DNA from: Actinomycetota bacterium
Lineage (GTDB): Bacteria > Actinomycetota > Acidimicrobiia > Acidimicrobiales > JACCXE01
Direction: 5' to 3'
NCBI GenBank assembly: GCA_041166225.1
Contig: JBEEFT010000203.1
Location: forward strand, 1-50,061
DNA: 50,061 nucleotides
The translations under genes were made by a program, and so were the position numbers. Under the pieces are notes generated by a model. That model searched no databases. It was not told the origin of the DNA and worked only from the letters and a program-made list of their open reading frames with translations. This document shows positions 36,127-45,300 of this stretch, in pieces (position 1 is the first letter of the stretch; each line of letters begins with the position of its first letter).

Positions 36127-36369
36127 GTGACTTCCTTGGCGCCTAACGTCACTTTCCGCGTGACCGAACCCACCGACCAACTCACCTACGAACAGATCGT
36201 CGAACGGCTCGAGGCGGTCACCGCGCAGCTCGCCGCCGGCGACGCCGGCATCGAAGCGGCCACCGATCTGTTCGAGCAAGCGCAGCGTCTCCACGCGGCG
36301 GCATCGGCGCGGCTCGACCAGGTTCGCCAGCGCCTCGACGCGCTCAGCCCCGCGCCCGACGCCGAATAG
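36127..36369 (+). CDS. xseB: exodeoxyribonuclease VII small subunit
   Basis: LTYEQIVERLEAVTAQLAAGDAGIEAATDLFEQAQRLHAAASARLDQVRQRL is the canonical XseB helical pattern. The start is the GTG at 36127 or the GTG at 36160. Confidence 0.88.
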   Translation: MTSLAPNVTFRVTEPTDQLTYEQIVERLEAVTAQLAAGDAGIEAATDLFEQAQRLHAAASARLDQVRQRLDALSPAPDAE

Positions 36370-37227
36370 TCAACGCTTGGGCCACTCCCACGTCCAGCAC
36401 CGATGGGAGCGCAACCCCGGCGACCACACCCGCCAGATTCCGGCGACGGCGCGCCCCGTGCGGTCGTTCCATTCGCGACACGACGGCTCTTCCACACGGC
36501 GCACGGTCTGGGTGATGCCGCCCTCGTACACGGTGTAGCCCGCCCATACGCCGGGATAATCCTTGGGCGAGCCGACCTCGGTGAACAGCAGCGTGCCGAA
36601 GTGGCGCCGGTGGTGTCGGTGGGTGTGGCCCGCCGCGATAATCGATCCCGGGGCGACCCGGTTGAGGTCGTGGATGAACGGCCGCGACTCGCGCCGCGGA
36701 ACACCCACGGGCAGCGTGTTGGGGTGATTGAATCGCTGCGGATAGTGGTGGGTTGCGATGAACACGGGTGTGTCGACCTCGCCCGCCAGACGCAGCGCCT
36801 CGGCCCGGTCCGACGCTTTCCACTGCGCGTTGTGCGTCTCTTTGGTCGACGGCAACAAGATGATGCGCAGGCCGGGTACGTCGATCGCGGTCGTCTCGGT
36901 TGCCACGCGTACACCCCGGTTACGCAGCACCGCCGGTCCGTCGACGTCGGGGTACCGAACGTCGTGGTTGCCGAGCAAGACGTCGGCGTCGACACCGGTT
37001 TCGTTGAGCACCGCTGCGAACCACTCGAACTGATCTTCTGTGCCCTCGTCGGTGAGGTCGCCCTTGACCACGAGCCGTTGCGCGCCCCACGCCTTCGCTT
37101 CGCTGACTGCGGCGCGCAAGCACCGGGCGGGATAGGGCTCGACGTCGTCGTGTTCCTTGATCGTTTCCCGGATCCCGAAGTGTTCCTCGCCGATGTGTAT
37201 GTCGTTGAGGGTCGCGAACCGGTACAA
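36370..37227 (-). CDS. metallophosphoesterase
   Basis: Motifs LNDIHIG, GDLTDEG, GNHD and GHTH. No ATG or GTG is available near the domain start, so the TTG at 37227 is proposed. Confidence 0.8.
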   Translation of the reverse strand: MYRFATLNDIHIGEEHFGIRETIKEHDDVEPYPARCLRAAVSEAKAWGAQRLVVKGDLTDEGTEDQFEWFAAVLNETGVDADVLLGNHDVRYPDVDGPAVLRNRGVRVATETTAIDVPGLRIILLPSTKETHNAQWKASDRAEALRLAGEVDTPVFIATHHYPQRFNHPNTLPVGVPRRESRPFIHDLNRVAPGSIIAAGHTHRHHRRHFGTLLFTEVGSPKDYPGVWAGYTVYEGGITQTVRRVEEPSCREWNDRTGRAVAGIWRVWSPGLRSHRCWTWEWPKR

Positions 37228-37277
37228 CTCACGACCCGGCGGCGCCGGGGTATCGAAGGTGAACGGACGACGGGGAG

Positions 37278-39803
37278 TTACGACCCGAACCTCTCGACGA
37301 GTGCGGGCCGGGCGCGTTCGGCGAACGCAACCGTGGTGTCCATCATTTCCATGTATTGCGTCACGGTCTTCAACCCGACCGCCACCGGGTTGGCGTCGAC
37401 GAACGTACGGATCCGTTTGGCCAACGCGGCGTCGGTGACGGTGGTGATGCCCGACAGTGCGCGCGCGAGCAGGTTGGCCGGCAACCGCTCGACGAGATCC
37501 GGCCAGTGCTGCTCGATCCAGTCCCACACCACGGTTTGGTGCTTGCCGCCCATGAGATAGATCAGCACGAAGCTCACGTCTTGCGACCGGATCTCAGTGA
37601 CGCACAGGTCGAGCACCCGCTTCACGAGCGCTTCGTGGCTCGCCGCAGTGAGCGCGAAGCGGTACTGCTGTTCCTCTTGCGGCGTGGTGGCGTTGCGCAT
37701 CCCGTTGAGCAAGGTTTGGAAGGCAGCCTCGTCGGCGGTCGACCCGACGGTCTGCAGCGCAGCGCGGCGAATGTCGCCCGACAGTGCGGCGGTGTCGCCC
37801 TCGGCCGCTGCGTCGACGCGTCGACGGGCCTCGGCTGCCACACCGACATCACCGCCGACGGTGCCGAGCAGTTCGAGCACCGCGCCGCGCACCATGCCCG
37901 CGGTCTCGGGCTCTCCCTCGGCGATCTCCCAACCGAGCCGTTCCGCGCTCGGTGCCGCGAGCGAGTTGACGTATTGGCGCAGGCCCGCCGCATCGTGGAC
38001 CCGGCTGAGTACCCCGGCGATCTCGGACAGAAGCGACCACGTAGACGGATTCGTTTCCTGTCCGTAGGACGACAACAGATCGAGCGTGGCCCCCACGTCG
38101 GCAAAGCCGCCGAGGGTCGCGGCCCACGCGTCGGACGCCAGGTTGTATCGCTCGATCTCGCTCAGCGTTGACAGCCCCGCGGCGATACGACTGGCCAGCG
38201 CGTCGTCGTACTTCACGCGGAAAAACCCCCACCCACCCGCGTTCACCACGACGGGCCCGTCGGCGGCGACCGTGAGCGTGATCGGCTCGTCGCCCAGCAC
38301 AACGCGTTGTTCCTCGCCACCAGCGCGCACGACCACGGGTGCCTTCCACGTGGTCGCATCGCTCTCGCCGTCGTAACGGAACCTCGTCTGGCTCAGCGTG
38401 ATCGACGCGCCGTCGTCCGAAGCCGTGACGGTCACCAGGGGATAGCCGCCCTGGTAGATCCAGGTATCCATGATCGAGCGGGCGGGCTCGCCACTGGCTT
38501 CCTCGAGGGCGTCCCACAGGTCGGTCGTCTCCGTATTCCCGTACGCATGCTTCTTCATGTAGAGGCGCAGGCCGTCGCGGAATTTGTCGGCGCCGAGATA
38601 CTGCTCGAGCATGCGAACGATCGACGCGCCCTTCTCATAGGTAAGGACGTCGAACATCGCGTCGGCTTCTTCAGGCCGCTCGACGCTGATCTCGATCGGC
38701 CGCGTCGACGACAAACCATCGACCTTCATCGACGCGGCGCGCTCGGTCGCGAACGCGTCCCAGCGCTTCCACTGGGGACGGAACGCGTCGGCGCACAACA
38801 TCTCCATGAACGTGGCGAACGCTTCGTTCAGCCAGATGCCGTTCCACCACTTCATTGTGACGAGGTCGCCGAACCACATGTGCGCGATCTCGTGGGCCAC
38901 GACGTCGGCGATGCGCATCAACTCGGTGGTCGACGCGCTCGACGGGTCGACCAGCAGCGCGGTTTCGCGGAACGTGACGCAGCCGAGGTTCTCCATCGCG
39001 CCGAACGCGAAGTCGGGCAGCGCGACCAGGTCGAGCTTGAACGACGGATACGGGATGCCGAAGAAGTCGGCGAAGAAGTTCAGCGAGTGCTCGCCGATGT
39101 CGAGCGCGAACTGGCCCAGATGCTCTTTGCCGGGCACGCACGCAACGCGCAGCGGCACGCCGTTGGCGTCGACCTCTTCGGTGAAGGTGAGCGGACCCAC
39201 GATGAACGCAACGAGGTACGTCGACATCGTCATCGTGTCGGCGAAACGCACGCGGCGGCCGCCCCCGTCGATCGGGTCGTCGGCTACCACGTGGCCGTTG
39301 CTCAGCGCGGTGAGCCCCGGCCCGACTTCGAGGGTGACACCGAAGGCGGCCTTACGGTCGGGTTCGTCCCAGCACGGGAAGGCGCGTCGGGCGTCGGTGG
39401 CCTCGAATTGGGTGGTGGCGATGACCTGCTCGTTGCCGTCGGCGTCGGTAAAGGTCGATCGGTAAAAGCCGTGGAGCTTGTCGTTGAGGATCCCAGTGAA
39501 GGCGGTGTGCAACACGTAGTTGCCGGCGCCGATCTCGTCGGGGAACGTGAACGTCGCCTGCTGTTCGGCCTCGTCGTAGGAAATCGTCGCCTCTTGTGAC
39601 CGTTCCTCGCTATCGACGATCCGCACCGCTTCGATGTCGAGTTCGATCGCGTTCACGGTGATCGCGCGAACCGCTTCGTGCACTTTCACGTCCACCGCCG
39701 TGGTGCCGCTGAAGGTAAAAGCCTTCAGGTCGGGCCGAAGCGTGATGTCGTAACGCACGGGCGACACGGTGCGGGGAAGGCGGTAAGAGGGCTGATCAGG
39801 CAC
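37278..39803 (-). CDS. pepN: M1 family aminopeptidase N
   Basis: GAMEN motif (FGAMENLG) and HEIAHMWFGD-N18-E zinc site. Start set to the GTG at 39803 (VPDQPSYRLPRTVSPVRYDITL). The alternative ATG is at 39866. Confidence 0.92.
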   Translation of the reverse strand: MPDQPSYRLPRTVSPVRYDITLRPDLKAFTFSGTTAVDVKVHEAVRAITVNAIELDIEAVRIVDSEERSQEATISYDEAEQQATFTFPDEIGAGNYVLHTAFTGILNDKLHGFYRSTFTDADGNEQVIATTQFEATDARRAFPCWDEPDRKAAFGVTLEVGPGLTALSNGHVVADDPIDGGGRRVRFADTMTMSTYLVAFIVGPLTFTEEVDANGVPLRVACVPGKEHLGQFALDIGEHSLNFFADFFGIPYPSFKLDLVALPDFAFGAMENLGCVTFRETALLVDPSSASTTELMRIADVVAHEIAHMWFGDLVTMKWWNGIWLNEAFATFMEMLCADAFRPQWKRWDAFATERAASMKVDGLSSTRPIEISVERPEEADAMFDVLTYEKGASIVRMLEQYLGADKFRDGLRLYMKKHAYGNTETTDLWDALEEASGEPARSIMDTWIYQGGYPLVTVTASDDGASITLSQTRFRYDGESDATTWKAPVVVRAGGEEQRVVLGDEPITLTVAADGPVVVNAGGWGFFRVKYDDALASRIAAGLSTLSEIERYNLASDAWAATLGGFADVGATLDLLSSYGQETNPSTWSLLSEIAGVLSRVHDAAGLRQYVNSLAAPSAERLGWEIAEGEPETAGMVRGAVLELLGTVGGDVGVAAEARRRVDAAAEGDTAALSGDIRRAALQTVGSTADEAAFQTLLNGMRNATTPQEEQQYRFALTAASHEALVKRVLDLCVTEIRSQDVSFVLIYLMGGKHQTVVWDWIEQHWPDLVERLPANLLARALSGITTVTDAALAKRIRTFVDANPVAVGLKTVTQYMEMMDTTVAFAERARPALVERFGS

Positions 39804-39864
39804 GGTCGCAGTATTGCCGTTGCAAACACCGCCGATTGCGGCCGAGCGTGAAAAGCTGAAAGGC

Positions 39865-40980
39865 ATGTCTCGTCGTCCTCTCGTCGCGTGTCTCGTCACG
39901 ACGACCTTCGGCGCAGTGATGGGCGCGTTGCTCGGTGCGCTCGTCGGCCGTGTGATCGCATTGTTCGGAGACCAAACCGTGCAGGCCTCGGTGCCGATGG
40001 TCTTTTGCGGAACCCTTGGGTACTTCGTCGGCGGCGCCTCCGCGGCCAAAGGGTCGCTCGAACGATTCGGGGCGCGACGGCCGACAGCCGGGGCCACCGC
40101 GGCCGGCGTGCTGCTGGTGATCCTCGTTGGAGCGGCCAGTCTCGGTCGGTTCAGTGGCGTGGTCGTCGGGCTCGTCGCGTTGGTGTCGCTCGTGCTCGCC
40201 GCCGTCGCGGCCACGGCAATCGGCCGTCCGAAGGAAGCGCCGGTCGGGCGCGGCGCGGTGCCGAAGGTTGCCGTTGCGCCGCCGAATGCGGTGGCCGAAC
40301 CGACAGCGGTGAAACCGGCCAAACCTGCGAAGCCCGTGAAACCGCGCAAGACGAAGGCGTCGAAGTCGCTGCTCGGGCGCGCCCCGAGCCCGGACGCCTC
40401 CGACGTAGACGACATCGACGTCGACTTCGACGACCCCGATCCCACTCCGCCACCGCAGGTGCACGCTGCGCCCGAGCCCTACCGACCCCGCGCCGCCACC
40501 GCCGCGCGGCGCGTGCCGACGACAGAGCTAGCGGACCACGACGAGCCAGACGATGGGCACGAAGACGACGACTGGGAACCCGAAGACGAGGCCCGAGCGT
40601 CGTTCGTCGCCGAACTCGAGGATTGGAAACCCGAGGACGAGACGGCCGACGACCAGGAGGTCGACGATGAGGAGCTCGACGCAGACGCCGACGCAGACGA
40701 AGACGACGCCGAAACTGAAGACGAAGACGAAGACGTCGACGCCGTAGACGAACAACCCGAGCCCCAGCCCGAGCCGGCGCCCGCGGCGCGGCCGCGCCGT
40801 GAGCGACCACTGCGCGCTCGCGATGCCACAGCGCCCGCGGCGAAACAAGCGCGTCCGCGCAAAGCGGCGCCGGCGCGCAAGGCGACGCCCGCGCCCAAGG
40901 CGGCCTCAAAGCGCGCGGCGGCGCCCGCGCCCGCGCCGCGCCCTCGCCGGGATCGTCCCCTGCGCCGAGGTGACGCGTAA
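39865..40980 (+). CDS. membrane protein with long disordered acidic and Ala/Lys/Pro/Arg-rich C-terminal tail
   Basis: About 4 Gly/Ala-rich TM helices, then a PAKP-type tract, a D/E-rich tract and an AKP/R-rich tract. The ATG at 39865 is preceded by GAAAGG. The stop overlaps the next ATG (TAATG). Confidence 0.7.
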   Translation: MSRRPLVACLVTTTFGAVMGALLGALVGRVIALFGDQTVQASVPMVFCGTLGYFVGGASAAKGSLERFGARRPTAGATAAGVLLVILVGAASLGRFSGVVVGLVALVSLVLAAVAATAIGRPKEAPVGRGAVPKVAVAPPNAVAEPTAVKPAKPAKPVKPRKTKASKSLLGRAPSPDASDVDDIDVDFDDPDPTPPPQVHAAPEPYRPRAATAARRVPTTELADHDEPDDGHEDDDWEPEDEARASFVAELEDWKPEDETADDQEVDDEELDADADADEDDAETEDEDEDVDAVDEQPEPQPEPAPAARPRRERPLRARDATAPAAKQARPRKAAPARKATPAPKAASKRAAAPAPAPRPRRDRPLRRGDA

Positions 40981-41957
40981 TGCCGTCGTCGTTCGACGTC
41001 GTGTGCGTCGGCAACGCCATCGTCGACGTGCTCGCTGAGGTCTCCGAGTCGTTCGTGACCGACCTTGGTCTCGACAAGGGCAGCATGCGCCTCGTCGACG
41101 CCGACTTCGCCACGTCTACGTACGCGTTGCTTACCGGTGCGGTCGAGGCGTCCGGCGGTGCGGCCGGCAACACCGCCGCGGTTTTGGCCAATCTCGGCGG
41201 CCGCGCCGCGTTCATCGGGCGCGTCGCCGACGACGCGCTCGGCGAGAGCTACATGCGCGAAATCCGGAGGTGCGGAGTCACGTTTCCACTCACCCCCGCA
41301 TCCGACGGCCCGCCCACCGCGAACTGCCTGATCCTGGTAACGCCCGACGGCGAGCGCACGATGAACACATACCTGGGCGCGTCGCAAAACCTCACGCCCG
41401 CCGACATCGACGCCGAGTTCATCGCCAGCGCCGCCATCACGTATCTCGAGGGATACCTGTGGGATCCGCCCCACGCCAAGGACGCATTCCGCGTCGCGAT
41501 GGACGCGGCGCGCGGCGCGCAACGCAAGGTGGCGTTCTCGTTGAGCGACGCGTTCTGCGTCGATCGTTATCGCGACGAGTTCGCACAGTTGCTCGAAGGG
41601 CCGGTCGACATCGTGTTCGGCAACGACGTCGAAGCTCGGTCAATGTTCGAAACCGAAGACCTCGAAGGCGCGATTACCGAACTCGGTCGGCTTTGCGAGG
41701 TCGCCGTGATCACCCGTGGTCCCGAAGGGTGTTCGATCGTGACCAATGGCGAGCGCGTCGACGTGCCGGCGGTGCCCGTCGGCAAGGTCGTCGACACCAC
41801 GGGGGCGGGCGACGCCTTTGCCGCCGGATTCCTCTTCGGTCTCACGCACGACTACAGCGCGCCGCGCGCCGCGTCGCTCGCAGCGGCGTGCGCATCCGAG
41901 ACCATCGCCCACATGGGCGCGCGCCCCGACCGCAACCTGACGGAACTGCTCGCTTAG
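40980..41957 (+). CDS. adenosine kinase / PfkB-family nucleoside-sugar kinase
   Basis: Motifs CVGNAIVDVL, GGAAGNTA, YLEGYLWD and TGAGDAFAAGFL, matching the ribokinase-family anion hole and catalytic motif. Confidence 0.85.
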   Translation: MPSSFDVVCVGNAIVDVLAEVSESFVTDLGLDKGSMRLVDADFATSTYALLTGAVEASGGAAGNTAAVLANLGGRAAFIGRVADDALGESYMREIRRCGVTFPLTPASDGPPTANCLILVTPDGERTMNTYLGASQNLTPADIDAEFIASAAITYLEGYLWDPPHAKDAFRVAMDAARGAQRKVAFSLSDAFCVDRYRDEFAQLLEGPVDIVFGNDVEARSMFETEDLEGAITELGRLCEVAVITRGPEGCSIVTNGERVDVPAVPVGKVVDTTGAGDAFAAGFLFGLTHDYSAPRAASLAAACASETIAHMGARPDRNLTELLA

Positions 41958-42766
41958 TCGACCATGCCGCGGCCGCGTTCGATGATCGCGGCGCGGCGTT
42001 TCTCGACCTCGGCGGGGTCGAAGCCGCCTCGGCGCGAGTTCCATTCCTTCGCCTTCTGCGCTTCGATCACGAGGCCCGCGTCGTAGATCGATCCGGTTAT
42101 CTCGCGATATTCACCGAGCAGTGCTCGCACCGACCGCTGGTCGTTGCCGGCGATGTCGGCCGCGACGCTGAGCGTGACGGGCAGCAGGTCGTCGTGAGCA
42201 ACTACGCGGTTGACAAGGCCGAACGCCAGCGCCTCGTCGGCCCCCATGAAGTTGCCAGTGAGGCTCATCTCGCGCGCCCGCCGAACACCGACGGCCTGAG
42301 GCAGCAGTACAGACAGCCCCCATCCCGGCATCAGCCCGACGCGAGCGTGGGTGTCACCGAACTTCGCCCGATCGGACGCGATCAGGAAGTCGCAGTTCAG
42401 CGCGAGCTCGAATCCGCCCGTTACCGCTGCGCCGTTGATCGCGCCGATCACGGGCTTGGTCACGGCAGGCCACGGCGTGGTCCACGCTTTGGTTTCGGTG
42501 GCGCCGCCCGCAAGGTTGTCGCCGCTGGAGCCGAGTTCACGCAGATCGAGTCCGGCACAGAACGCGGGGTCGGCCCCGGTGAGCACGATCACGTCGACGT
42601 CGTCGTTGGCGTCGGCGGCCACGATCGCTTCGGGCAACGCGCGCAGCAATTCCGATGACAGCGCATTGCGCGCCGCCGGACGGTTCAACGTGATCAACGC
42701 GACGCGGTCACCCACGTCGACCAAGAGCGAGCCCGTCGGCTCCGGAGACTGATCGCGGTCAGGCAT
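41954..42766 (-). CDS. enoyl-CoA hydratase/isomerase (crotonase) family protein
   Basis: Motifs ITLNRPAARNAL, VIVLTGADPAFCAGLDL and GAINGAAVTGGFELAL. The ATG at 42766 overlaps the upstream stop by 8 nt. Confidence 0.9.
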   Translation of the reverse strand: MPDRDQSPEPTGSLLVDVGDRVALITLNRPAARNALSSELLRALPEAIVAADANDDVDVIVLTGADPAFCAGLDLRELGSSGDNLAGGATETKAWTTPWPAVTKPVIGAINGAAVTGGFELALNCDFLIASDRAKFGDTHARVGLMPGWGLSVLLPQAVGVRRAREMSLTGNFMGADEALAFGLVNRVVAHDDLLPVTLSVAADIAGNDQRSVRALLGEYREITGSIYDAGLVIEAQKAKEWNSRRGGFDPAEVEKRRAAIIERGRGMVD

Positions 42767-43388
42767 CGGCAACCTCCGACGACGCGTCGGCACTCATAAC
42801 TGCGATCGCGATGGTCGAGCCCGCGGCCTTGTCCAACGTCGCAATCCGACGGCCCGGCTGCACCGCTTCTTTCGACCCGTGCAGCGCGTCACCGAGGAAC
42901 GCGGCCGTGGCGTCGAGATCGCCACTGGTGAAGGCGAGCCCGAAGAACCGGGCGGGCGTATCGCCCATCGGTTCGATCGGACCGATCAGTTCGAGGATCG
43001 GCTGGCCGAGCTTGAAAAACACCTGGAGCATCGGCGCGCCATACGTGCCAGTCTCGCGTTCGCGACGAGCGGCAACCCCCAGCCGCTCGAACGACGCGAC
43101 CGTGCGGTGCACGTCGGGTGACGTGAGCACGACGTGGTCGATTTCGACGATGCCGTTCGGATGAGTCCCGGCGGGATCAAGGGCCTCGTCGACCCACCGG
43201 GTCGGCACGCCGTCGATCGTGTCGGGGCCGTCGCCGACGAGTGACCACGCTCGGATGCCCTTGCCGACCGCGGGATCGCACACGACGTCGACGTGCCCGA
43301 CGCGGCAGCGATCGCCGGTCATCTTGAAGCCCAGCGATTTCCATACCGCGGGCTCGTCGCCCACCACCAGTTCCTTGAGCACCGCCAT
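42759..43388 (-). CDS. VOC / glyoxalase-like domain protein
   Basis: IDHVVLTSPDVHRTVASFERLG is a glyoxalase-fold pattern. The ATG at 43388 is preferred over the TTG at 43397. Confidence 0.75.
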   Translation of the reverse strand: MAVLKELVVGDEPAVWKSLGFKMTGDRCRVGHVDVVCDPAVGKGIRAWSLVGDGPDTIDGVPTRWVDEALDPAGTHPNGIVEIDHVVLTSPDVHRTVASFERLGVAARRERETGTYGAPMLQVFFKLGQPILELIGPIEPMGDTPARFFGLAFTSGDLDATAAFLGDALHGSKEAVQPGRRIATLDKAAGSTIAIAVMSADASSEVADA

Positions 43389-43414
43389 GACCCTCAACCT
43401 AGGTTGTCCGCTCG

Positions 43415-44203
43415 ATGCCGTTCACGCCCGCCAACCGCCCGCACCCCGACGCAGACGACCGCGAGGCGGTGCACATCCTCGTCGGCGCGTCGAACGTGCA
43501 TCTGATCGATCTCGGCAAGGGCGACGACCCCTTCGACGTACCCGACGCCGAGGGCCTGTATCTCGGCGCGCTCGACGGTCGCCCCGTATACGGCCACGAC
43601 CAAGAGCCGGAAATGGGCATGCCGTTGATGGGCCTGTACGGCCGGCTCGACGAAGAGAGTTGGACGATCGCGGGGCGGGCCGTGCAGTTGGTCGAGTGGC
43701 GCCGCACGCACCGGTTCTGCGGCCGGTGTGCCAACGCGACCGACCCCGCGCCGCCACCGAACGACCGCGCCATGAAGTGCCCCGCGTGCGGCCTGCTCGC
43801 GTTCCCGCGCCTGGCGCCCGCGATCATCGTGTTGGTCACCCGCGACGACGGCAAGGCGCTGCTCGCGCGAAACGCGAACTTTCCCGTCGCCATGTATTCG
43901 TGTCTCGCCGGCTTCGTCGAACCGGGCGAGACGATGGAGCACGCCGTGCATCGCGAGGTGCGCGAAGAAGTAGGCATCGAACTGGCCGAGGTGACGTATT
44001 GGGGCAGCCAGCCGTGGCCGTTCCCGCACTCGCTCATGCTTGGGTTCCGCGCGACTTACGGCGGCGGCGACGTCGTGCTCGACGAAACCGAAATCGCCGA
44101 CGCGCAGTGGTACGCCGCCGACGACCTGCCGATGGTGCCGCCCGGAATGTCGATCGCCCGCAAAATGATCGACGAGTGGGTCGAAGACTCGCTCGGCGCG
44201 TAA
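43415..44203 (+). CDS. nudC: NAD(+) diphosphatase (Nudix, zinc-ribbon type)
   Basis: CGRC...CPAC zinc ribbon followed by the Nudix box GFVEPGETMEHAVHREVREEVG and a downstream SQPWPFP motif. Confidence 0.9.
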   Translation: MPFTPANRPHPDADDREAVHILVGASNVHLIDLGKGDDPFDVPDAEGLYLGALDGRPVYGHDQEPEMGMPLMGLYGRLDEESWTIAGRAVQLVEWRRTHRFCGRCANATDPAPPPNDRAMKCPACGLLAFPRLAPAIIVLVTRDDGKALLARNANFPVAMYSCLAGFVEPGETMEHAVHREVREEVGIELAEVTYWGSQPWPFPHSLMLGFRATYGGGDVVLDETEIADAQWYAADDLPMVPPGMSIARKMIDEWVEDSLGA

Positions 44204-44243
44204 TTCGAGCGACAACCGACGCGGCGCGCGGGTATCAAGGGGA

Positions 44244-45296
44244 ATGGCTACGCACTGGAAGGTCGAGACGCTCGACGTCGACAACGCCGACGACGTCACC
44301 AAGGCGGCGTACCTGCGCGTCGCCCAACACGCGTTTCTCGAGGCGCGTCCCGCCGACGGTGCGGTGCCTGACGACGAGCTTTGGTTCGGCGCCCTCAACA
44401 CGAATCCGAAGCGGCCTAATTTCTATTTCGGCGTGTGGGACGACAACCGCACCGACCTGCTCGGCGTCGCGTCGGTCGGCTGGGAGGACTACGAAGACAA
44501 CCGCGAAGCGAGCTTCGTAGAGATCGACGTCATGCCGCCGTACCGGCGCCAGAAGGTTGGCGCTGCGCTCGCGCAGGCTGCGCTCGAGTTCGCCAAGGAG
44601 CACGGTCGCACGTTGGTCGGTCTCGACGCCAACGACAAGGTCCCAGCCGGATGGGCGTTCCTCAAGGCGATCGGCGCTGAGCACAAACTCACCGGTCGCT
44701 TCAGCATGTTGAAGTTTGCCGACGTCGACCGCACCCAACTCGAAGGTTGGGTCGCGCGCGCCGCGCAACGGGCGAGCGACTACGAGCTCGTGCGGTGGGA
44801 CGGCGCATGCCCCGACGCGTACGCCGAGGCATTCGTCGCCGAACAGAACGTGATGAACACCGCGCCCATCGACGACCTCGAATATGAAGACGAAGTGTTC
44901 ACGGTGGGTCGACTGCGCGACCGCGAGGCGATGACTGCGGCGCGCAAAATCGAACTCATCACCCTCGTGGCCGTGCACTCGCCGAGCGGCGAGATGGTCG
45001 CCCACTCAGACGTGTGGTTGCCCCAGCTGTGGCCGACAAAGGCGTACCAGAACGACACCGGAGTGAACCCGGCCCATCGCGAGAAGGGTCTCGGCCGGTG
45101 GCTCAAAGCGCAGATGATCCTCAACCTCATGGCCGAGCGCCCTCAGCTCGACAACATCACCACGTGGAACGCCGGATCCAACGACGCCATGCTCGGGATC
45201 AACTACGCCATGGGGTTCAAAACCGTGACCGAGTACGGCGAGCACCAGGTGCGCGCCGATGCTGCGCTCGAGAAGCTCGCAGCCATCCTCGGCTAG
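44244..45296 (+). CDS. two-domain GNAT family N-acetyltransferase (paralogue 1 of 3)
   Basis: Acetyl-CoA motif A in both halves (YRRQKVGAAL and HREKGLGRWLK). C-terminal WNAGSNDAMLGINYAMGF. Confidence 0.85.
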   Translation: MATHWKVETLDVDNADDVTKAAYLRVAQHAFLEARPADGAVPDDELWFGALNTNPKRPNFYFGVWDDNRTDLLGVASVGWEDYEDNREASFVEIDVMPPYRRQKVGAALAQAALEFAKEHGRTLVGLDANDKVPAGWAFLKAIGAEHKLTGRFSMLKFADVDRTQLEGWVARAAQRASDYELVRWDGACPDAYAEAFVAEQNVMNTAPIDDLEYEDEVFTVGRLRDREAMTAARKIELITLVAVHSPSGEMVAHSDVWLPQLWPTKAYQNDTGVNPAHREKGLGRWLKAQMILNLMAERPQLDNITTWNAGSNDAMLGINYAMGFKTVTEYGEHQVRADAALEKLAAILG

Positions 45297-45300
45297 TGCG

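Noticed and set aside
36403-37560. 385-aa plus-strand ORF, along with other long ORFs (38307-39599, 40151-41215, 40479-41522, 41270-42658, 43219-44520, 43394-44401, 45217-46419, 46455-47420, 47571-48461 and 48919-49977)
   Set aside because: All are antisense or out of frame to genes with strong family motifs. All have R/A/G/P/V-skewed composition and no recognisable domains, so they are GC-driven open frames.
39804-40445. N-terminal 214-aa extension of the 1055-aa pepN track ORF
   Set aside because: The extension is low-complexity (S/T/A/P/G-rich) and overlaps the opposite-strand membrane protein gene. M1 peptidases of this type begin near the YRLP(R/K)xxxPxxYD motif, which directly follows the GTG at 39803.
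40540-40760. GAC/GAA/GAG-rich stretch that looks like a simple-sequence repeat
   Set aside because: There is no exact repeating unit. It is in frame and encodes the D/E-rich tract of the membrane protein, so it is coding low complexity rather than a DNA repeat element.
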